A DNA stretch of 15,064 bases, taken from the NCBI GenBank assembly GCA_044359535.1, contig JBIKLZ010000031.1, positions 1-15,064 on the forward strand. The letters are read 5' to 3'. This document shows, piece after piece, positions 1 through 7,144 of the stretch (position 1 is its first letter; the number at the start of each line of letters is the position of its first letter). Position numbers and translations under genes: made by a program. The notes beneath the pieces were generated by a model. It searched no databases. It worked only from the letters and a program-made list of their open reading frames with translations, and was not told the origin of the DNA. The stretch comes from Chlamydiia bacterium. Lineage in GTDB: Bacteria; Chlamydiota; Chlamydiia; Chlamydiales; 2-12-FULL-49-11.

Positions 1-1184
1 CCAGCTGCACTTCCAACAACTTCAATAAAGGCTTTTGTTTTTAAATCTTGAACAGGCTCATCTTTAAATTTTCTCCCTGCACAATAAAGCTGCCAATTGC
101 TTGTAATTTCATTCCAAAAATAGCCATAAAAAGTTGTAAAATCACCATCATTAGTGTATCTAAGACCAATTACATATTTTTTAGATAGGTTATCTTCAAA
201 GACATTCCATTTTTTTACTTTTGCCCCTGTCCCCTCTTTTGTGCTCCATGTTTCAAATTCTCCTTTACTTGAACCTATTCCAAGTAAGTGTGATCTAAGA
301 TTAAGTGGCAGTAGAGGTTTATTTTCTCCAGAGCTCCATATAGCCATATTAACACCTCCTGATCGACCCTCTGAGTCAAATCCTGGACCAAAGTATCCAA
401 ATTCTGTTGTACATGGAGAATAATGACCTAAAAGACTGTCGCTTGAAAGCTCCATAATCCAAGCTTGGACATCATTTGGATTTTGTGAACTACTCCAATT
501 AGAATAGGCAGCATTAGGGCGCCATCTTTCTCTGATAATATATGAATTTGCAAGAGATTCCCCACTTAATCTTAGATTATGAATGGTTAGTTGACTTTTG
601 CTCGTTGTCTTAATTACTTTTACTTTAAATGTATGAACCCCTTTTGTTACATTTAAAAAATCTAATTCAAAAATTGAATCTCCAATCATGTCTTCTGTAA
701 TTGTTAAATTAGTTGCAACTAAATTATCATCTATTTGAAACGATAAAATAGATCCTATTTCAGTTGGCGTTGCAGAAAAAAATAGATCGGCATGAATGTT
801 TCCTGAAGAGCTTGTAATAAAGCTCCACTCTAACTCTGCATTATTTTCTTGAAGCCTTTTAATAAAACTAAATTCAGTTCCCTGATTAAGCTCTAAACTC
901 TCATTTGGCACTCCCTCATCTAGTGATAATTTCCCTATAGGGTTAAAAAATACTTCATTAGGTCCTAAATAGAGGTAGGGATGATCCACATTTTTTTGAA
1001 CTTTGTAATACATTTTAAGGCCATCGGTATCTTCACCTAATTGTAGTGTAGTCACATCGGTATACAGTTGATTCTTATAATCAGATATATCATAAGGCTC
1101 AACTGCTTCAAGTTTTCCATAAGTTGAAAAACAACAGATTGAAGCCATATAAAATAGCTTGTTTAAATTTTTTTTTATTTTCAT
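1..1184 (-). CDS. Secreted protein, DUF5077/DUF3472-like; 3' end lies beyond the left window edge
   Basis: Translated by hand: 394 codons open from ATG at 1184 to the edge, SD GAGGGAG upstream. N-terminus MKIKKNLNKLFYMASICCFSTYGKLEA|VE resembles a Sec signal peptide. Motifs GYFGP, VNMAIWSS, KEGTGAK and YVIGLRY..GDFTTFYGYFW....WQLYCAGRK....AFIE follow the order I recall for DUF3472; the preceding beta-rich region resembles DUF5077. The ORF is solid; the family call is from memory. Confidence 0.75.
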   Translation of the reverse strand, partial: MKIKKNLNKLFYMASICCFSTYGKLEAVEPYDISDYKNQLYTDVTTLQLGEDTDGLKMYYKVQKNVDHPYLYLGPNEVFFNPIGKLSLDEGVPNESLELNQGTEFSFIKRLQENNAELEWSFITSSSGNIHADLFFSATPTEIGSILSFQIDDNLVATNLTITEDMIGDSIFELDFLNVTKGVHTFKVKVIKTTSKSQLTIHNLRLSGESLANSYIIRERWRPNAAYSNWSSSQNPNDVQAWIMELSSDSLLGHYSPCTTEFGYFGPGFDSEGRSGGVNMAIWSSGENKPLLPLNLRSHLLGIGSSKGEFETWSTKEGTGAKVKKWNVFEDNLSKKYVIGLRYTNDGDFTTFYGYFWNEITSNWQLYCAGRKFKDEPVQDLKTKAFIEVVGSAA

Positions 1185-1235
1185 TATAATACTCCCTCTT
1201 GGTTGTTAAATTATTTTTGGACATTTTGAAGGGAA

Positions 1236-1264
1236 AATTTAAATCATTCCTACAAATTTGTAAA
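1236..1264 (-). promoter_or_regulatory. Candidate sigma66/sigma70-type promoter for the secreted protein gene
   Basis: Minus strand TTTACA-17 nt-TAAATT about 50 nt upstream of the ATG. The region is very AT-rich, so a chance match is plausible. Confidence 0.3.
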
Positions 1265-1564
1265 GATTTTTTAAAAAAATATCATCGATAAATAATATTC
1301 AATGACTTGTACTTTGCAGATAGAGATTTTAGTTTAAATTCAAAAAAAGGTATTTTTTTATTAAGTTAAATGAAGGCAGTTTTTTCTCTAAGCCTTGTAA
1401 CAACTGACACTTATTGCCCTTTAAAGGATGAGGATCCAAAATGCATCAATGCTTATGAAAAATAGGGCCATTTTCAGGTCTTTTATAGATACAATCAACC
1501 CTTTTGGATAAGAATAATTCCACCCTTTTGAGTTGGAAGAAAAGACTAGCAAACATCTTGATGT

Positions 1565-2134
1565 TTAAGCGGGTGCTGCATTGCTTTTCTGAGAAAAAAT
1601 CCTTTTTATAAAATTTATGATCTTTCCATTTAAATTAGGCACTTTAACTTGTCGTATGATCTTTCCGTTTAAATTAGGCACTTTAACATCTTCATTATTT
1701 TTTCCAAGCGTTTTTAAAAATTCTGGATCTCCGAATTTTACACATTCAATATAATGAAAGAAGGGGACTTGACTGTAGTTTTGTTTTAATTCTTTTAGCT
1801 TCTTTAGAGATTTTTCTATCTTATCGCCTACACAACCTAGGACTATAGTTGAAATACCAAACAAACCCGCTAATGCTATCACCGAAATAAGAACAGGAAA
1901 TGAAACAAAAATTGTTATACAATAACAACTTATAGCGGTTATTAAAAATAAAGTTCCAAGGATCATCGCTCCAATGCGAAGACTATCTAGCTTATTCTCT
2001 GCTTTAATATATGCTTCGACATTATCAGAATTTTTCTTGCATACATTTTTTGCATGACTTAAGTGCTTGTCAATTTTTGCTAATTCAGGCAAATCTTCTT
2101 TATAGAAAAATGAAAGTCTTAATTCTAAAGGCAT
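1565..2134 (-). CDS. Putative inclusion membrane (Inc-like) protein, downstream paralog, 189 aa
   Basis: AGGAG SD 7 nt before ATG. Bilobed hydrophobic stretch about aa 54-102 with a central Pro, followed by a Lys-rich helical segment. Clear paralogy with 2125-2658 (AYIKA; PxFHYIECVKxGDPxFLKTLGKNN; VKVPNLNG). Confidence 0.7.
   Translation of the reverse strand: MPLELRLSFFYKEDLPELAKIDKHLSHAKNVCKKNSDNVEAYIKAENKLDSLRIGAMILGTLFLITAISCYCITIFVSFPVLISVIALAGLFGISTIVLGCVGDKIEKSLKKLKELKQNYSQVPFFHYIECVKFGDPEFLKTLGKNNEDVKVPNLNGKIIRQVKVPNLNGKIINFIKRIFSQKSNAAPA
1616..1687. repeat. Intragenic tandem repeat: 2 x 33 bp with a 39-bp period, encoding VKVPNLNGKII twice
   Basis: 1616-1648 and 1655-1687 match at 32/33 positions. 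A third related copy lies at 2158-2190 in the paralog (30/33 vs 1655-1687). Confidence 0.95.
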
Positions 2135-2271
2135 AATAGACTCCTTTTTATAAGATTTATGATCCTACCGTTTAAATTAGGTACTTTAACTTGTTTATCG
2201 ACCTTATTATTTTTTCCAAGCGTTTTTAAAAAATCTGGATCTCCCAATTTTACACATTCAATATAATGAAA
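1694..2271. repeat. Dispersed direct repeat, 66 bp: 1694-1759 and 2206-2271
   Basis: 64/66 identical by manual alignment. Encodes FHYIECVK(F/L)GDP(E/D)FLKTLGKNN in both paralogs. Confidence 0.92.
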
Positions 2272-2658
2272 CAGAGGGATATTCTTGATTTTGACTCCTT
2301 CTTGGAGCTCTAGATTTTTTTTTCGCTTATGGGCTAAACTAGTTAGGACAAAATACGTAATACAAAGCGAAATCGCTAATACTGCTACCGAAATAATAAA
2401 AGATAATGGAAGAAAAGCTGCTAGAGCAATATGCACAGCGGTCATCACAATCAACGCTAACCCAAGACCTAAAAAGAAACCCTTTTCTTGAATAATATCT
2501 TCGTGATTCTTAAACTCTGCTTCATATGCTTTAATATATGCTTGGACTTTATTGAAATTATCCTCGCATACCTTTTTTGCCTGTTTTAATTGGTCGGAAT
2601 CTTCAGCTAACTTAGGTAAACCTTTTAGATTGGCAAACGAAAGCGCACTATTACTCAT
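2125..2658 (-). CDS. Putative inclusion membrane (Inc-like) protein, upstream paralog, 177 aa
   Basis: GAGGAG SD 7 nt before ATG. Ser/Asn-rich N-terminus with no Sec signal. Bilobed hydrophobic stretch about aa 61-108 with a central Pro, followed by HKRKK. Overlaps the downstream paralog by 10 nt. Confidence 0.7.
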   Translation of the reverse strand: MSNSALSFANLKGLPKLAEDSDQLKQAKKVCEDNFNKVQAYIKAYEAEFKNHEDIIQEKGFFLGLGLALIVMTAVHIALAAFLPLSFIISVAVLAISLCITYFVLTSLAHKRKKNLELQEGVKIKNIPLFHYIECVKLGDPDFLKTLGKNNKVDKQVKVPNLNGRIINLIKRSLLCL

Positions 2659-2805
2659 AATTAACTCCTCTTTAAACTCATTTAATTATAATTAAAATTA
2701 TATTTAAATGGAATAAAATTATTTATGTAATTGTCCCTTAATGAGTTAGGTTTGATAAAATTCTTCCCTAGTAGAGGAGTCTAGTGCACCATAAATAAAA
2801 TTATG

Positions 2806-2849
2806 GAATAGAAAAGGGCACCCTTATTTAAAGGTGCCCTTTTCTATTC
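2806..2849. terminator. Intrinsic terminator after rpoC, possibly bidirectional
   Basis: Perfect 17-bp inverted repeat GAATAGAAAAGGGCACC-10 nt-GGTGCCCTTTTCTATTC, 8 nt after the rpoC stop. A U-rich tail is present on both strands. Confidence 0.88.
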
Positions 2850-2857
2850 ATCTTCAA

Positions 2858-5800
2858 TTATATTGAATGTGCATATGCTTCAAGCTCAGATTCAAAATCA
2901 AACTCGATAAATTCATCGACACCCTGATCTTTTTTATCCATCTCAAGTCTATTAACATAGGCTTTATGCCCTGTTCCTGAAGGAATCTTCTGACCTGTGA
3001 TAATATTTGATTTGAAATCAAGAAGATAATCCACTTTTCCTTCACACGAAGCATCCGTAAGAATACGGGTTGTCTCTTGGAACGATGCTGCAGAAAAATA
3101 TGATTCTGTACCTAAGGATGCCTTTGTAATTCCAAGAAGAACTGGAGCTGCTTGTGCAGGTCTTCCCCCTTCTGCAAGAACTTTCTTATTCTGTTTATGG
3201 AATAATTTCTTATCAATATCTTCTCCATATAGGAAAATTGTGTCTCCAGGTTCAGTAATTGTCACCTTCTGAAGCATCTGTCTTACAATGATTTCAATAT
3301 GTTTATCATCGACATCCACCCCTTGAAGACGGTACACTTCTTGGACCTGATTTACAAGGTATTTTTGTAATTCCCTGATACCACATATTTCTAAGATCTC
3401 CTGTGGCTGAATTTCTCCATCGGTAATTTGCTGCCCTTTTTCGACTAAATCGCCTTGTTGGACAATCAAATGTTTTGTTAATGGAATTAAATGTTCCTCT
3501 TCAACACCTGTACTTTCATCTCGAACAATGACAATACGTTTGCTCTTTTGAACACCTTTCATCTCAATAACACCATCAATTTTTGCAATTTCTGCCGCTT
3601 CTTTAGGTTTTCTTGCTTCTACAAGCTCTGCAACCCTTGGAAGACCCCCTGTAATATCCTTTGTTCTTGCTGCTCCTTTTGGAAGACGGGCAAGTTGCTC
3701 ACCGGCCTCAACTTTTCTTCCCTCTTCAGCAGATAGATGGGCTCCAGATGGAATAGCATAGGTTCCAATCAAATCAAGACACTCTTCATCAGAATAGATC
3801 ATAATTTGAGGGTGCAACTCTCCTCTATGTTGTTTAACAACGATTTCAGATTGACCGGTTTGCTTATTGATGGATTTTTGTGTAGAAATACCTTCAACTA
3901 AATCATCAAACTTCACATATCCCCCCTTTTCACAAATGACTGGGTAGTTATGTTGTTCTAAAATAGCAATCCTATCCCCTTTTTTCACAAAGGCCCCATC
4001 TTCGATAAGAATTTGAGTTCCTTGCTCCACATCAACTGTATGTAGGGGCTCAATGGTTTTTTTCAAAACAAGAGTTTTGTACTCATCAATGGTTCTACCT
4101 TCATTACGGACAACATGAATTTTACCATTTTTATTCAAAGCAAGGTTTATCCCCTCTTTGTTTTTAACAGTACGCACCCCTTGATAAATCAATATTCCAT
4201 CTTCAGCTGCATCAATTTCAGGGTTATCTCCCCCTGAAGCAATACCCCCTAATTGGAAGGTTCTCATGGTTAACTGGGTTCCTGGCTCACCAATTGATTG
4301 AGCTGCAATGGTTCCTACTGCCTCACCAAGAGCTACAGGGCGTCCATTTGCTAAGTTTACACCATAGCATTTTGCACAAACCCCTCTATTGCTTTCACAT
4401 GTTAGAGTTGATCTAATTCTAACACTTTCTATTCCAGCATCTTCAATATCCTCTGCTTGCTTTAATGAGAGAATATCCCCAGCTTTAGCAAGAAGCTTTG
4501 TCTTGTCTCCTGGCATGAAAATATCATCACAAACAGATCGACCAAAAATTCTCTCTCTAAGTGGAAGAAGTTCTTCTCCCCCTTGTTTTATTGCCGAAAC
4601 CTCTATTCCGCTTATTGTTCCACAGTCTATCTCATTGATTAAAACATCTTGAGCAACATCAACAAGACGTCTTGTTAAATATCCAGAGTCAGCGGTTTTA
4701 AGAGCTGTATCAGAAAGTCCTTTACGCGCTCCATGAGAAGAAATAAAGTACTCAAGAACACTTAACCCCTCCCTAAAGTTAGAAGTAATTGGGTTTTCAA
4801 TCGTCTCACCATTAGGTTTAGCCATCAATCCCCTCAATCCACCAAGCTGTCTTAACTGAGCTTTATTACCTCTTGCCTCTGAGTCAATCATCATAAAGAT
4901 CGGGTTTAAATCGGTTTTCACTTTAGGCTTCATAATGGTGTTCCATAAGATATCAGAAACATCTGAAGAAACACGATTCCATATCGCCTCAGTTTTAGAT
5001 TTTCTTTCTTTATCTGTAATAATACCGTCAGCATACTGTTTAATAATCACTGCAGCTTTCTTATTAGCCTCAGCAATAATTTCTTGTTTCTCAAGAGGGA
5101 TCTTAATATCTGTAATTCCCATAGATAGAGAAGATTTAGTTGCATGGAAGAACCCTAAGTCTTTCACTGCATCCAAAAATTTCACTGTCTTTTCAAGACC
5201 TACTGTCTTATAAATATTAAGGATCAAAGCCCCTAATTTCTTTCTAGGAAGGCTGTAATTTTGAAAACCAAGCTCTACAGGGACATGCTCATTAAAAAGG
5301 ACACGTCCTGGAGTTGTGGTAATTAAACTGTTGCCAATCTTCACCTGAATTTTTTGGTGTAACCGAATACCCCTTCCAAGGTCATCTTTACGTGCCCCCT
5401 CTTGAAGACCTAAGTGGTTATAGCTTCCTGATGAATACAGGGCTAATAAAACCTCCTCAGGGGATGAAAAAATAGGATTTTTTCCTCCATGGTCCTCATT
5501 ATCGTATACAGGATCATGCATTATGTAATACAACCCTAAAATCATATCTTTTGATGGAATAGCAACAGGTTTACCTGATGAAGGTAAAAAGATATTGTCA
5601 GGAGCCATCATCAACGTTTTTGCTTCAATTTGTGCTTCTACTGAAAGAGGGATGTGTACAGCCATTTGGTCACCGTCAAAGTCAGCGTTAAATGCTGAGC
5701 AAACAAGAGGGTGAACACGAATAGCTTTTCCTTCAATTAAAACAGGCTCAAACGCTTGAAGACCCAATCTATGAAGCGTTGGTGCTCGGTTTAAAAGGAC

Positions 5801-7057
5801 AGGATGGCCTTGAATAATCTCTTCTAATACATCCCATACTCTATCATCTTCTCTTGCAATCATTTTTTTAGCAGAGCGAATGGTATAGACAAAACCATAA
5901 TCCTTTAGTTTTTTGACAATAAAGGGTTCAAAAAGATCCAGTGCCATTTTTTTCGGTAATCCACACTGATTGAATTTAAGATCCGGTCCTACAACAATAA
6001 CTGATCGACCTGAGTAATCCACCCTTTTTCCAAGTAAGTTTTGTCTAAAACGTCCTTGCTTTCCTTTTAACATTTCTGATAAGGATTTTAATGGTCTATT
6101 ACCGGCTCCCATTACTGGATGGCCATGTCTACCGTTGTCAAAAAGAGCGTCAACAGACTCTTGAAGCATCCTTTTTTCGTTTCTAATGATCACATCTGGA
6201 GTTTTTAATCTAAGAATTGACTTGAGTCGATTATTTCTGTTAATAACCCTTCTGTAAAGATCGTTTAAATCAGATGTGGCAAATCTTCCCCCATCTAGAG
6301 GAACCAAAGGTCTTAAATCTGGAGGAATCACAGGGAGTGCATTCATCACCATTGAACTTGCAGAGTTATTTGAATTGGCAAAACCTTCTACAATTTTCAA
6401 TCGCTTAGCAATTTTCATCCTCGCTTGTAAGGATTTTGTTTTTCTTAACTTATCCTTTAAATCGACAACCGTAGCTAATAAATCCTCTGCATCTAAGAGT
6501 GCTTTTATAGCTTCTCCCCCCATCATCGCAGAAAAAGCTTCTTTTCCCCATTTCTCTTTTGCTTCTCTATATTCAGCATCATTTAAGAGTTGTTTTTTTT
6601 CTAAAGTGGTTCTTCCTGGATCAACAACAACATACTCTTCATAATAAATAACCCTTTCTAAATCTCCAGATGTCATCCCAAGGAAGTTTCCAATTCGTGA
6701 AGGTTGTGTCTTAAAAAACCAAATATGTACTACAGGGACAGCTAAGTCGATATGAGCCATTCTCTCTCTACGGACTTTTGATAAAGTCACCTCCACTCCA
6801 CAACGGTCGCAAACAATACCCTTATGTTTGATTTTTTTATATTTACCACAGCCACACTCCCAATCCTTCATTGGGCCAAAAATCTTTTCACAAAACAATC
6901 CACCTTTTTCAGGCTTGAATGTACGGTAGTTAATAGTTTCAGGTTTTTTAATCTCTCCACGAGACCATTTTTCTCGGATTACATCAGAAGATGCAATATT
7001 AATTGCTATATCCTTGAAATATGTTTCATCACTATCATGTTGTTCTTCATTATTCAT
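2858..7057 (-). CDS. rpoC: DNA-directed RNA polymerase subunit beta'
   Basis: NADFDGD catalytic motif, N-terminal Zn ribbon (CGCGKYK..CDRC), bridge helix DTALKTADSGYLTRRL. Start placed at ATG 7057 because GGAG lies 6 nt upstream; the track's TTG at 7069 overlaps that SD. Confidence 0.99.
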   Translation of the reverse strand: MNNEEQHDSDETYFKDIAINIASSDVIREKWSRGEIKKPETINYRTFKPEKGGLFCEKIFGPMKDWECGCGKYKKIKHKGIVCDRCGVEVTLSKVRRERMAHIDLAVPVVHIWFFKTQPSRIGNFLGMTSGDLERVIYYEEYVVVDPGRTTLEKKQLLNDAEYREAKEKWGKEAFSAMMGGEAIKALLDAEDLLATVVDLKDKLRKTKSLQARMKIAKRLKIVEGFANSNNSASSMVMNALPVIPPDLRPLVPLDGGRFATSDLNDLYRRVINRNNRLKSILRLKTPDVIIRNEKRMLQESVDALFDNGRHGHPVMGAGNRPLKSLSEMLKGKQGRFRQNLLGKRVDYSGRSVIVVGPDLKFNQCGLPKKMALDLFEPFIVKKLKDYGFVYTIRSAKKMIAREDDRVWDVLEEIIQGHPVLLNRAPTLHRLGLQAFEPVLIEGKAIRVHPLVCSAFNADFDGDQMAVHIPLSVEAQIEAKTLMMAPDNIFLPSSGKPVAIPSKDMILGLYYIMHDPVYDNEDHGGKNPIFSSPEEVLLALYSSGSYNHLGLQEGARKDDLGRGIRLHQKIQVKIGNSLITTTPGRVLFNEHVPVELGFQNYSLPRKKLGALILNIYKTVGLEKTVKFLDAVKDLGFFHATKSSLSMGITDIKIPLEKQEIIAEANKKAAVIIKQYADGIITDKERKSKTEAIWNRVSSDVSDILWNTIMKPKVKTDLNPIFMMIDSEARGNKAQLRQLGGLRGLMAKPNGETIENPITSNFREGLSVLEYFISSHGARKGLSDTALKTADSGYLTRRLVDVAQDVLINEIDCGTISGIEVSAIKQGGEELLPLRERIFGRSVCDDIFMPGDKTKLLAKAGDILSLKQAEDIEDAGIESVRIRSTLTCESNRGVCAKCYGVNLANGRPVALGEAVGTIAAQSIGEPGTQLTMRTFQLGGIASGGDNPEIDAAEDGILIYQGVRTVKNKEGINLALNKNGKIHVVRNEGRTIDEYKTLVLKKTIEPLHTVDVEQGTQILIEDGAFVKKGDRIAILEQHNYPVICEKGGYVKFDDLVEGISTQKSINKQTGQSEIVVKQHRGELHPQIMIYSDEECLDLIGTYAIPSGAHLSAEEGRKVEAGEQLARLPKGAARTKDITGGLPRVAELVEARKPKEAAEIAKIDGVIEMKGVQKSKRIVIVRDESTGVEEEHLIPLTKHLIVQQGDLVEKGQQITDGEIQPQEILEICGIRELQKYLVNQVQEVYRLQGVDVDDKHIEIIVRQMLQKVTITEPGDTIFLYGEDIDKKLFHKQNKKVLAEGGRPAQAAPVLLGITKASLGTESYFSAASFQETTRILTDASCEGKVDYLLDFKSNIITGQKIPSGTGHKAYVNRLEMDKKDQGVDEFIEFDFESELEAYAHSI

Positions 7058-7107
7058 TAAACTCTCCAAAAGAGGTAAAAATTAAATCTACTTGTTACTT
7101 TATTCTT

Positions 7108-7135
7108 AAATGTGGGTTTTTTAAGACCCACATTT
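7108..7135 (-). other. Stem-loop in the rpoB-rpoC intergenic region
   Basis: Perfect 10-bp inverted repeat AAATGTGGGT-8 nt-ACCCACATTT with only a short U run. It could be a weak terminator, pause site or mRNA-stability element. Confidence 0.55.
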
Positions 7136-7144
7136 GTTCTATCC

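Noticed and set aside
154-423. 89-aa plus-strand ORF
   Set aside because: Antisense shadow of the long minus-strand secreted-protein ORF; no SD and no recognisable features.
1168-1176. A9 homopolymer at the start of the secreted protein gene as a phase-variation switch
   Set aside because: A/T runs of 7-8 are frequent throughout this AT-rich window, and the run encodes ordinary signal-peptide lysines.
1370-1465. 31-aa plus-strand small ORF (MKAVFSLSLVTTDTYCPLKDEDPKCINAYEK) in the 380-nt intergenic region
   Set aside because: No SD and no recognisable motif; this length is expected by chance.
1616-2190. Three related 33-bp repeats as a possible CRISPR array
   Set aside because: They are in-frame coding repeats with spacings of 6 and about 470 nt, there are no cas genes nearby, and paralogy explains them.
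2681-2696. 16-bp perfect palindrome TTTAATTATAATTAAA containing TATAAT upstream of the Inc-like pair
   Set aside because: Pure A/T sequence in a very AT-rich spacer with no convincing -35; a promoter probably exists here but cannot be placed.
3666-4235. Large insertion in the beta' trigger loop
   Set aside because: It corresponds to the known SI3 (beta'i6) lineage-specific insertion found in Proteobacteria, Chlamydiae and others.
7058-7069. TTG start for rpoC given by the ORF track
   Set aside because: It overlaps the GGAG SD, which is correctly spaced for ATG at 7057.
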